Assembly (NCBI GenBank): GCA_965644315.1
Contig: CBFFRQ010000089.1
Coordinates: 682,001 to 746,000, forward strand
DNA from: Caecitellus pseudoparvulus
Lineage: Eukaryota > Protista > Bigyra: Bicosoecida
Reading direction: 5' to 3'
Length of the DNA: 64,000 bases
Numbering within the stretch: position 1 is the first letter of the stretch; each line of letters opens with the position of its first letter. The notes under the pieces are model-generated. The model made no database searches and was not told the origin of the DNA. It was given only the letters and a program-made list of their open reading frames with translations. A program made the position numbers and the translations under genes. Positions 1-10,667 of the stretch are shown here, piece by piece.

Positions 1-1645
1 GCCTCAGGGGTAGGCCCCGCCCCAGGGGGGGTCCGTGCGGGGGGGGGCGGTGAGGATGGGCTGACCCGCCCCTCCCCCCGCTCCCCCGACGTGGCCCCCC
101 CTGCCCTGGCGCCGCCCAGGCTGTGCTGGGCGTGACTCGCCCCCCCACCCCCTGCTCCCCCCGTCCAGGCTCCCTGGCGCTGAGGGGCGCTGCAGTGACT
201 GCCGCACTGCGGGCCAGGGGGGACCCAGTGTGCCCCCCCCCTCCTCTCGCCGTGTGCGGCAGGCGCTCCGAGGCGGAGGCGGTGCCGGTCAGGCTGGCGG
301 CATCCCCCGTCAGGGCAGGCGGCAGGGCCAGGGAGGTGGGCGTGCCAGCCATGGCATCTGGCGTCGGGCCCCGGTGGCCGCCCAGGTCCCCCCCCCCCTT
401 GTACTGCGCGAAGGGGTCCCCCGCCCCCCGCTGGGCGGCGATGGAGCGGCGCTGTGCACGGGAGGCAGCGGCGGTGGCCTTGGCGGCGGCGGCCTCCGCT
501 GCGACCTTGGCAGCCGCCTCGGCCGCCACGGCGGCGTCCCTGCGCTTGCCCACCTTGACGAGGATGCGGGTGACTTGCTTGCGCTGCTCGGCGGTTTGGG
601 GGGACGGCACGCCGCAGGGGGCGATGCGCATGTCGTGGAACATCTGCACCCACGCCATGGCGGCCATGGGCGGCAAGCCGTACATGATGCCCAGCATGAG
701 GGACACCACCGTGCCCGTTCGCCCGTGACCGCCCCAGCAGTGCACGTATAGGTTCTCCCCCGCCTTCAGCCGGCGGCAGAGGTCGTAGGCGAGGGACAGC
801 ACCTTGCCATCAGAGACAGTGGCGCAGTCCACGATGGGCAGGTGCACGAAGTCCAGGGAGTCGGGCTTGCGGCCCTCTGGGAAGTAGTCGGCAGGGCACG
901 TCTCCAGCAGCTGCAGCGCGTCAAAGATGTACGGCCTGCGGGTGGGTCGGTTGGCGGGGGCATGCAGAGGGAGGCGCGGGGCGAGGGGCCCACACAGCCA
1001 CTCACCTCAACTTCTCCCCTGATCTCCACTGCTCCTCAGTCACGCCGTGGTGCTGGTACTCGCTCTGCAGGCAGACGAAGGTGGTCACGCCCAGCTCCAG
1101 GATGCTCGTGAGGATTTCGCTGTTCAGCTCGTCCTCCGTCGCACCAGGGTATGCGCCCACCAGCATGCGGGAGGGAATGACCCAATTCGACTCCTCTGTG
1201 GGGCCTGTGCAGCGAAAGGTGTGGCGGGTGCGCCTGGGAAGCTGCGCATGCGGGCCCGCGTTTCACCGTGCCCCATCATGCGGTGTAGGGTCGCCTGCTG
1301 CGCCCCCTGCCGCGAAGACCCCCTCAGAGCAGGCAGGTTGACACCACTATACACAGACACACAGCGTAGGCCGTAGGGCATGCAGCCACCTCGCGCGTGT
1401 GGCGGCGGCCAGCCTCGGCACAGCACGTTTCGGGCACATCGCGTGCGACTTCACGAACCTATGTAGCTGTCTGGGTCGATGGAAACGGGCGCCTCCAGGG
1501 GCGGCACATCTGCATAGTCTGCCAGTGGCTTGACTGGTTCGTCAGGGCGCTGCAGGATGAGGCGGGCCCCTGGGTTGCTGCGCAGCACGCGTTTCAGCGA
1601 CGGGCGCACGGAGGCCGCTTGGCCGGCGCCATGGGCACTGCGCAT
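1..1645 (-). CDS. Cys-based protein tyrosine / dual-specificity phosphatase (CX5R), 3' end runs off the window
   Basis: Spliced model has exons 1645-1459, 1204-1006 and 935-<1 with consistent phases. Translation includes ESNWVIPSRMLVGAYPG, GVTTFVCLQ, FVHLPIVD and the P-loop YVHCWGGHGRTG, then SPQT..Q..QV. An additional upstream exon is possible (acceptor at 1655-1657). Confidence 0.85.
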
Positions 1646-2297
1646 GAAGGCGGCCTGCGCTCAGGGCACCGTGCAGGGGAGGAACAGAGGAGGAGCCAGG
1701 CGGAACAAGTCAACTCTGGAGCATGCCCTGCGAGCAACCGAGCGTCAGGCACGCCATTCAGGGGAACTGAGCCGAATCGGTGCCTGGTTTTTGCGGCAGG
1801 AGGGTGTGTGTTTGAAGGGAAAACTAAGCCCAGACCCCGAGTGGACCATGCACCCACATCCAGCCAGCAGACTGTGTCCCGCCAGGAAAAATGAGGGTGA
1901 AGCCGAAGCTTGGCATCTCTGACTCGCTCCAGCTTTCTTTTCCGCCTCCGAGGCGTTGGTATTTGCGCGTTCATTTGAGCACCCATAGCACTTCGGCTAC
2001 TCATTCAACTACTATTTCTCGCTTGCCTTGGCAGATGCACGAACTCTTACTCTTTGTGAGGGCTTTGTCTCAGTTCCACATGCTGCCCAAGTGCCGGTAC
2101 TTCAGGGGGCGAGCAGCGAAGCTGGGCAGCGCAAACGCACCCACTCGACCACACAGGGACCGCAGGGACGTCCGGGAAGCTACCTTCACACCTTTCTTGC
2201 TGAGATGCCGGACACCCCATCGTGAGGGGGGTATCTGTATCCCCTGTGTGGACCCCCCGCTCAGGCCATCCCCCACTCCGCTCCGGCCGGCAAGCAC

Positions 2298-2760
2298 ATG
2301 AAGCCGCAGCAGCAGCCCAAGCGGCACCAGGCGCTGGAGTCCCTCCTGAGTATGAGGGGGGCAGACTTGTCAACAGTGTTGGCCTCCATGTTACAGGCTG
2401 CTGAACGATCTCGGAACGTGGCCCCCCTGGCGCTGGGCGTCTCTACAGCCCTGCCTTTCCAGCTGCTCAGCCTGGTGGGGCAGGCACTGAAGTAGCAGCA
2501 GCACGTGGGGGGGCTGCCGCCTGGTGGCCACTTTGACGACTTTCGAGGCGTCGCTCCGCGCCTGTGCCAGCTGGTGGACAAGCCAGCTGTGACGACTGCT
2601 GACAAGCTGCGCCTGGGCGGCGCCCACATACTTACCGTGGCCTTCACGCCAGACGGCAGCTGCCTGGAGGCGGAGAACAATGAGGGCACTGTGGTGGTGT
2701 GGGAGGCCCTGACACGCGAGTGGAATAGCCGCCTGCCATATCAGGTGGCAGGAGGGGGCG
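2298..2760 (+). pseudogene. SMU1: Degenerate internal fragment of the WD40 splicing factor SMU1
   Basis: Reads MKPQQQPKRHQALESLL...LLSLVGQALK*QQHVGGLPPGGHFDDFRG...AFTPDGSCL...GTVVVW...LPYQ. This matches SMU1 as recalled (MLKQTQPERYIHLENLL...[29 protein letters not shown]...RFSPDGQYL...GFIEVW...LKYQ). The conserved Trp codon is TAG at 2493-2495. Confidence 0.85.
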
Positions 2761-2996
2761 ACGCGCCTGCCAACTGCTTCCATTGTGTCACTGCCAGCCA
2801 CATCGTGGTGGTTGGCAGCCTTGACTGCTGCACGCAAAATCCACTCCCGCTCACATGCCAAACGCAAGCCTCATACCATATTCGCCAGTTGATGCACTGC
2901 AGACTCGCCAGTACCGCCTGCTTCAGCCTAGGCTATGTGCCAGCCTCGCGTTTCGCGTGCTGCTGCGGAATTTGGGCTGGCAACGCAGCCTCTGCA

Positions 2997-4385
2997 ATGG
3001 CTGCCGAGTGCGCAGACGAAGGCGAGTCACACCCCTTCCTCCAGGAGTACATGGATTCTTTGATATCATCCGAAGACATTCTCCTGGAAAGCGCTCAGGC
3101 GCCTGTGCACGTCCCGGGCAGCTGGCGCAATCAGTTGGAGAGCATTCTGGGCGAAGTCCGAGTCAAGGAGCTGCCATGTCGTGTGCACAACGACATTCTG
3201 CGTGCACTTCCTGCAACAGTATGTGTGCTGGATGCACCTCTCCACTCTTCAAGCTCGGGGAGCGAGTCAGTCGTTCTCCCCGAGCAGGGAGCAGCGGCGG
3301 CTTTGCAAGCCAAGCTTCTGGGCAGGGCTGCTGACGCCACAGGGTGTCTCCTCGTCCCGCACTGCCACCCAGCGGTGACGCACGTGCAGCTGGCCTTGGC
3401 CTGTTGCCATGCATTTCTGCAGCTGGTGAAGGGAATCAAAGCCGTGATCTCTGCATACGGCGTGCGTGACAGCGTTCAGAAACGCGCAGTGCTGCAGAAC
3501 CACCAGAGGGTTGTGGTGGACCTACTGAACGAAGTCATGACCTGGGCCAGCGAGTGCTTGTCCGACGAGTGCCCTGACAGCACGTGGGGTGGGATTGAGC
3601 TGGAGGACGACCACGCGAAAGCCATCCTTGATTGGGTTGTAGGTCTGCCCATCGTCTGCGCTTGGCCACTGCCCCAGCCTGTGTGGAGGCAGGGTGCGGT
3701 GGAGTGCATTGCCGATGATGTGGTGAAGCCCTCCGATAACTCTGGCATGCTGTGCTTTGATGTCCTCATGAACGCGGCGAACGAGGGACTGGGTCTGGAG
3801 CCTGCCCACCTTGCCGAGGTGCTCGCTATCAGATCTGAAGCGTTGGCTCCACGGCTGCCACTGAACTGGGTCGTGCACCAGCGGAGCAAGTACGAGCTCC
3901 GGCCATCACGAGTGCTCCTGCATGTGCTGTGGGCACAGCGCAGCAGGGAGTTTGTGGTCGGCTTAACTCATCGTGTCCGCTTGCCTTCAACTCTCCCGCG
4001 GGGCACTGCACTGGACCCGGACAGCATGTTCACACGCCTGATGAGTCTACGTGGGGTATTCGAGTGGCTGAGGTTGACACCATTCAACTTGAAAAAAGCC
4101 GTGCACCGTTCCACGCTGCTGTATCTCGAGCCACCTAGCAGTGAAATGACCGGCGCAGGCTGGGACAAGGAAGCGGATCTGGGTGGCGACGGCGACCTTG
4201 CTCTTGGTGCCCCTGACTTTCAGGAAGAGTATGCCCGCCTCATGGTCGTCTGCACGAGCCGTGCACTCCTCATGGTTGATGTGCACTGGGAAGCTGTGCC
4301 AATCAGTGAGAAGCGGGCAAGCGCATCAGCTGGCCGGTGGAGCGGTGAGAGGGCGCAAGAAGGTCGTGGTTGTGAAATTCAATGA
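2997..4385 (+). CDS. Orphan intronless protein (462 aa), paralog A, C-terminal CEIQ (CaaX-like)
   Basis: The ATG (MAAECADEGESHPFLQEY) is shared with the paralog at 54920. Both frames stay open with only in-frame indels despite heavy divergence. No known domain was recognised. Confidence 0.7.
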   Translation: MAAECADEGESHPFLQEYMDSLISSEDILLESAQAPVHVPGSWRNQLESILGEVRVKELPCRVHNDILRALPATVCVLDAPLHSSSSGSESVVLPEQGAAAALQAKLLGRAADATGCLLVPHCHPAVTHVQLALACCHAFLQLVKGIKAVISAYGVRDSVQKRAVLQNHQRVVVDLLNEVMTWASECLSDECPDSTWGGIELEDDHAKAILDWVVGLPIVCAWPLPQPVWRQGAVECIADDVVKPSDNSGMLCFDVLMNAANEGLGLEPAHLAEVLAIRSEALAPRLPLNWVVHQRSKYELRPSRVLLHVLWAQRSREFVVGLTHRVRLPSTLPRGTALDPDSMFTRLMSLRGVFEWLRLTPFNLKKAVHRSTLLYLEPPSSEMTGAGWDKEADLGGDGDLALGAPDFQEEYARLMVVCTSRALLMVDVHWEAVPISEKRASASAGRWSGERAQEGRGCEIQ

Positions 4386-5321
4386 ACGAGGCGAAGGATT
4401 CATTCTCGTGATTGTGCAGGCTTGGCAGGCAAGTCCGTTTGTGGCTGTCTTTGTGGTGTGTGGGCAGGGGAGCGCCCAAGCGGCCGGACACGGCTCCCGT
4501 TGCGGTCCTTGCGGCGAGAGGCAGCACTTGTAGCACCATCAAGTGTAGAGCTCGCCTGCACGGCAGATCTTCTGCGGAGGTCTTGACCAGCCTGGCCTGA
4601 GGCTTGTAGTTCTTGCCCGTGTGTGGCGGTTTCACTCTGCTCAGCAGAGTCAGTCGGATCGAGTCGCACGCCGCACCGTTGGCAGGCATCAGCGCAGCAT
4701 TCGCTCCCAAGCAGCGTATTGCAGGAAGAAAGCAGCAGCACTGATAGCAACAGCAGCTGCTGTGGGCAACGCGTGAGAGGTCCCTTTGTGAACGAAGCTG
4801 CCGGTGGCGCGATCCTTGTCGTGCCACCTAGTCTACCCTTCGTGGGTAGCTATCAGCGCATGAAAGCGTCCGATGCAGGCGGACGGAGGTACAATGCGAT
4901 TCTTGGCAAGCTGAATTCGCTGCTGATTTTTGCTCTGTGCAGCCAGGGAAGGCGGGGGAATCGCCTTGCAGAGGCCCCCTGGTGCTCCGACGGTGTTCTC
5001 TCTCCAAAGCGCACTACTTCAGAGGCAACGACGCAACAAGACAGTTTGTAGCCAAGGATCGCTGCGGTGGACTACAAGAAGTCACCCCTTAAGGCCCTTG
5101 AGGGGGGTAAAGGAGCTGGCCGAAGGCTTAGCGCTGGGTGTCTGGGGAAGAGATGGCCGAAGGCCCCTCCAGCCAGACACGCGGGGGGGTTGTGGAGCTG
5201 GGCACATTTCAGGTCCCTCCCGCCACATCAAAAGTTCTCGACACAGAAACAGAAAAGCCCCACCTCCCATATTCTGCACCTTGGCTGTGCCGGGACAGGT
5301 TGCTTTTTTCACACGTGCACC

Positions 5322-7214
5322 ATGAAGCGGCGCGGTGGCAGGAAGTCGCACAGGCCGGGCGCTGGTGAACGGTTGGGCGGCGGGGTGAAGCGGCGCGCAG
5401 AGCCTGGCATGCCCAGTGAGGCAACCAGCTCCGGGGTGCCGCCGAGCATGGCAGCAGCTGCAGCAGCCGAGGGCGGGGCAGGCATGGAGCCTGACGAGCT
5501 GGAGTTCGAGGACCCCTTCATTGACGAGGAGGACGCCGACGAGGATGGGCAGGTGATCGAAGAGGACCACGTGTTTGCTGACGACCCAGACAAGCTGAAC
5601 ATCGACCTCAGTGAAGGCACTGATGGGGCTGTGGTGAAGGTGCGATGCCTACGCACGTGGGAGCGCAGGGAGCCCGCCGTGCGGCAGCCGTGAGCACGCG
5701 ATTGTTGCGCAGGTGTTCCGTCCAGGCATTGACGTTGTGCCCGAGGGCGACAAGCTGGAGTACTCTGCGGAGGCTTACGTCATGTACCATGCCATGAGCG
5801 CGGACTGGCCGTGCTTGAGTGTGGATGTCGTGCCCGACTTGCTCGGCATGGCCCGTACAAAGGTGAGGGGGAAGGCTGAACCCGCTTCCCACGCCAGCGC
5901 TCACTCAAGCCACCCGCCTGCTCTTGCAGATGCCCCTCACGACGTTTTTCGTCGCCGGAACGCAAGCCGATGCACCAAAGAACAACTCACTTTTGGTGCT
6001 CAAGGCCTCCAACCTTGTGCGCACGCAGCACGATGAAGGTGAGGCGGCGAGCTAGGGGGAGCAATTTCCGCACGCGCCTCACCGTCTTCCCCCTCACGCT
6101 TGCAGATGAGGATGTTGTGGACTTGGACGAGGAGGATGACCCGGTACTGGAGATCCAGAGCATTCCCCACTACGGCGGTATCAACCGTGTGCGGGTCATG
6201 CCGCAGGCTCCCCACGTTGTGTCGGTGTGGTCCGACCAGGGCGTTGTGGAGCTGTTCGACATCCGGCACCGCCTGAGCACGCTGGACATTGGCGCCGCCA
6301 ATGCCTTCCCGCCCCCCACAGGGTACCAGCCTGGCGCACCTGCCCCCAAGGACCCCGTGTTCGTCTTCTCCGGGCACGCGTCCGAGGGCTTCGCGATGGG
6401 GTGGTCCCCTGTCACGCCCGGGCGCCTGGCGACGGGGGACTGTGCCAGGTTCATGTACGTGTGGGACGCCGAGGCTGGCAGCGCCGTGACGGGGCTGGGG
6501 TCTGGCCCTCCCAAGTGGTCCTGGGCCGTGTCCAACGTGCCGTACACCGGGCACACGGCATCTGTGGAGGACATTTCTTGGTCCCCCACGGAGGCCACGG
6601 TGCTGGCTTCCTGCGGCGTGGACGGCACGGTGCGCATTTGGGACACACGTGACGCGTCCAAGTCCCAGCTGCACGTGCAGGTGTCGGATGTGGACGTCAA
6701 CGTCATCGACTGGAACTCGGCTCGGGCGCCCTTCCTGCTGGCGGCGGGGGCTGACAACGGCGAGTTCACCGTGTGGGACCTGCGCATGGTGAAGGCGCAG
6801 GGGGCCGCCGCGAACTTCGCTGCCAAGTACTCCTGGCACACGGAGGCCATCTCCAGCATTCGGTGGGACCCCCATGACGAGAGCGTGCTGGCAGTGGCTG
6901 CCGCCGACAACACCGTCACCGTGTGGGACCTGAGCATGGAGGCGGACACAGAGCAGGCGCTGGCGGGGACACTGGGCGCTGCTGCAGCGGCGCAGGGCGG
7001 CAGTGGTGGCGCTGCCACAGATGGGCTGGATACCCTGCCTCCCCAGCTGCTATTCGTGCACCAGGGCCAGAGCGACCTGCGCGAAGTGACCTTCCATCCT
7101 CAAGTGCCCGGCATGCTGCTGTCCACGGCAGGGGACGGCTTCAACCTGTGGAAGCCGGACATTGACGTGACGGCCGAGCCAGACGAGGAAGGTGACACCA
7201 CCCTCGTGCCATGA
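5322..7214 (+). CDS. GRWD1: Glutamate-rich WD40 protein GRWD1/Rrb1 (ribosome assembly)
   Basis: Exons are 5322-5639, 5713-5862, 5930-6038 and 6106-7214. Motifs: LEFEDPF, LEYS..AY.MYH...WPCLSVDVVPD, VAGTQA, H.GGINRVR, GH..EGFAMGWS, GHTASVEDISWSPTE, PPQLLFVHQGQ, STAGDGFN. Confidence 0.93.
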
Positions 7215-7245
7215 CGCTGCTAAGTGTGCATTGCTGGGTGACGGT

Positions 7246-8025
7246 TCAAATGTGCCCCTGAGCGTGTGCCAGCTGCAGCAGGGGAGTGGCCAGCGTGCCT
7301 GCAGCGTACACCACCGTGGGGTAGTCCGCGGCAAAGCCCTTCAAGAGGTAGAAGCTGAAGAAGTAAAATCCACCCAGGAAGATGGCGTTCTGCACCGCCA
7401 TGGCGTACATGACTGCCTCGTTGGAGCGCTTGGCACCCTCCTCAGCGGCCTCGGCATCGGACGCGCCAGCCACGCCCCGCTCAGCGTTGATGGCGTCCAG
7501 CTTCACCGCAGCACAGGCCTCCGTGGACTTGAACAGCAGGAAGGTTGTCGTGGCGATGCCCGCGAGGAACACCACAGCATCCTGCGAGTGGCGGGTGGTG
7601 GGGTGCAAGGCTGCGGTGGAGCAGGCACTGTGCCGGCGGCCGCCCACGCACGTCAGCAATGTTCATGCCAAACAGCGCGCTGCAGAACATGTACACTGGG
7701 ATGCATGCGGTGAACAGTGCCGAGACAGCGACCAGCAGGGCTGCGCAGGCGGGCAGGGGAGCAGTCAGTGCGGCGTGGCGGCGCGTGCACTGCACCAGCA
7801 CCTTCCGCACTCGACACAAAGGAGCCAGAGCTGGAGCGCTCCACAGCCTTGTTCTTGGCAATGGCCGCATCCAGCAGCTGCTCATCCTCCATATCGGCTT
7901 GGCTGCGAGGGGTGCGAGGGCACACCGTGGGCGAGGGGCAGCATGCTGGCACACTCTGGCATCGCGTCGCTGCAGCGGTACGCGTGTGCCGCTCCAGTCA
8001 CGCACCTCTTCTTGGACTTGGCCAT
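7246..8025 (-). CDS. SSR3: Translocon-associated protein subunit gamma (TRAP-gamma)
   Basis: Exons are 8025-8006, 7902-7811, 7740-7652 and 7581-7246, all in phase. The product is a four-TM protein with EDEQLL, CIPVYMF and EAVMYAMAVQNAIFLGGFYFFSFYLLKGF, comparable to SSR3 EATTFSIFYNNTLFL...SFFILKNF. Confidence 0.8.
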
Positions 8026-8356
8026 GGCTGACAGCGGCAGGGTGGGAAGGCAGGGAGGGGCACGTGGGGGACCACTTGGCTGCTCGCAAGCATGCGCCTG
8101 TCTGTGGTTTGGCTGGCTGAATGGTTGTGGAGCTGGGTAGCGGCTGCACGTGTGGAGAGTTGGCGTCCGTCTTCAGCCCGCTCTGCTGCAAGCAATGTAG
8201 GAGGCTGCAAGCTGGCGGCCGCTCGGCACAAATCAGCAACTTCAACATTTCAGAGCATACTACGTGCAGACACGGCTGGACCCTGCTGGCACCTTGTGCC
8301 CGCTGTGTGGCCGCCGACTGGCTGCTCGTGGGCTCGAGGGTGGCAATTTCCGCAGC

Positions 8357-10479
8357 ATGCAGGCGCACAGCTTGAGGCGTGCAGCCCGCACTGCGCGGGC
8401 TGCGATGCTGTGCCACACACGCTCACTTCAACACAGTACTATGCGCTCGATGGGGACGCTTTCCGTGTTCGACTCGGAGTCTGGAGCCATGCAGGCGCTG
8501 CCAACTTGCGAGGGGCAACCTCTGCTGTGGTACGCATGCGGCCCGACTGTGTACGACGAGGCTCACGTGGGGCACGCACGCGCCTACGTGGCCCAGGACC
8601 TCATGCATCGGATCCTCACCAAGGTCTTGCGCCTGCCAGTCACGTTCGTGATGGGGCTGACTGACGTGGACGACAAAATCATCGCCCGTGCCGGCGAGGT
8701 TGGCGTGCAGCCTGGCACGCTGGCCCGCGTGTACGAGGGCGCATTCCTGGCGGATTTGGCGGCCCTGAACGTGCTGCCGCCCACGACGCTGACCCGCGTC
8801 AGCGAGCACATCCCTGCCATCACGCAGCACATCAGCGCGATCCAGGCGGCGGGGGTGGCCTACTCCACCCCCTCCGGCGTGTACTTTGGCGTGGGGCAGT
8901 TTCCCGGCACCTACGGCAAGCTGTCCAGTGGTCGGGCTGCCCAGGCAGATGGGCAGGAGCAAGGCATCGTGGGCGCGGGGGCAAAGCGCTCCGCTGCTGA
9001 CTTTGCGCTGTGGAAGGCCAGCAAAGAGGGCGAGCCGGCGTGGCCGTCCCCCTGGGGCCCCGGTCGGCCAGGCTGGCATATCGAATGCTCCGCCATGGCC
9101 ACGGCAGTGCTGGGGGACGCCCTGCACTTGCACTCAGGCGGCGTGGACCTCGCCTTCCCCCACCACTGCAACGAAATCGCCCAGGCTGAAGCTGCCTCTC
9201 TGCCAGCCGGCGCCAGTGCCTGCTGTGCGCCAGGCAGTGAACACGCTGCGTTGCAGGGGAAGAAGTGGGTGCAGGCTTGGCTGCACTGTGGCCACGTGCA
9301 CATCCACGGCCGCAAAATGTCCAAGTCCCTCAAGAACTTTGTCACTGTGCGCAGCATGCTGCAGCAGCTGGGGCGAGACGGCGCCGACGCCTTCCGGTGG
9401 TGGTGTGCTGAGCGGCACTACCGCAGCTCAGCCACTTGGGACGACGCCGCCATGCAGGCCGCGCTCAGCGCAGTGCAGCGCCTGGCAGCCTGGCGCCAGC
9501 GTGTGCAGGTGGTGTGCGGCGAGGCAGAGGCGGGGCAAGTCTTGCCGGGCGCCGCCATCGGCGCATGGCGCAGCGGAAACACGTCCCCGGCCGCCGACGC
9601 ACACGTGCAGGGCATTTCCTGGGGCCCACACGAGCAGGCATTGCTGGACACTCTGCACACGGCCATGGCCCATGCCCATGCCTCCTTGGCAGCTGACTTT
9701 GACACTGCCCACGCTCTCAGGGCACTACAGCGTGTCGCTGCTGCAGCTGACACGTACACATCAAGCGGCAGCCACCCCAACAGCATGCTGCTACGGCAGG
9801 TGATTCGCACGACACAAGACCTCGCAGAGGCCCTGGGCTTCACCTTCCTGAGCGCTACCGGTGCAGCGTGTGCGCCTGCTGAGCCCTCAGACTCGCCCGC
9901 GCCCCCGAACAGTGCGGCGTTGGTGGCTGCTGTGCGGGAGCAGGTGCGGGCTCTGGGCCTGCGGCAAGACATGCCGCCCGCCGCGCAACAAGCCCTGCTG
10001 GGTCTCGCAGACACGGTGCGGGATGCAGTGTTGCCTCAGTTACCGGGCGGGGCGGCCTTTGCAGTGGACTCCCCCACACAGCGCAACGCAGCAGACCGCG
10101 CATGGCAGGTAGCCCTTGCAGAGGCTGCCGCTTCGACTCCCTCAGGCACAAAGGCAGCGAGCTCGGGCAACTCGGCGCCAAGGGGGGCGCGGGAGGTCCC
10201 CGCGTGGCAGCGAGGCTCCCACTGGGAGGACTTGTCCTGCCCACCCAGCGCCGTCTTTGCAGACTCCAGCCAGTATTCGGCGTGGGACGACCAGGTACGG
10301 CTTGCGCCCGGCGAGACAGGCGCAACGACCCACCCCAATGCTCCGCCTTTTCGCTTTCACAGGGAGTTCCAACACACGATGCGGAGGGCGCACCCTTGTC
10401 GAAGAATGGCATCAAGAAACGGCGCAAGGCGCTGGACAAGTACGAGCGTGCGTGGAAAGCCCGGCATGGCAGCCAGTAG
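8357..10479 (+). CDS. CARS2: Cysteinyl-tRNA synthetase, probably mitochondrial type
   Basis: Motifs: WYACGPTVYD, HVGH (HIGH), MGLTDVDDKII, DFALWK, SPWGPGRPGWHIECSAM, FPHH.NE, KMSKS. The N-terminus is Arg/Ala/Ser-rich and presequence-like. An intron at 10295-10362 leads to the last exon GVPTHDAEG...HGSQ*. Confidence 0.92.
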
Positions 10480-10667
10480 CCTCCGGGAAAATGCAAAAGG
10501 TGCGCCAGCATGGCCACCATCGCGCTGGGCTCAATGTAATTAGATTTCGTTCAAACGTTGGGCGGAGCACGGGCTCTTCGCTCACCGCAGGCACCCCCTA
10601 GGTGCCGTCCCTTTGCGCTGGCAGGAAGCAATTTCCGCACGCACATCGGCGTGCGTCCCCGAACGCC

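Larger units (their letters stand above)
2150..4440 (+). repeat. Copy 1 of dispersed ~2.3 kb duplicated cassette (SMU1 remnant plus orphan ORF)
   Basis: Direct nucleotide similarity to ~54080-56350. Examples present in both: ggcaagcacatgaagccgcagcagcagcccaagcggcaccaggcgctggagt, and gaccacgcgaaagccatccttgattgggttgtaggtctgcccatcgtctgcg. Boundaries are approximate. Confidence 0.95.

Noticed and set aside
2493-2495. TAG reassignment (alternative genetic code)
   Set aside because: TAG terminates normal genes here (CysRS, PUS7, histidine kinase, DAHP synthase), and no conserved gene shows internal stops.
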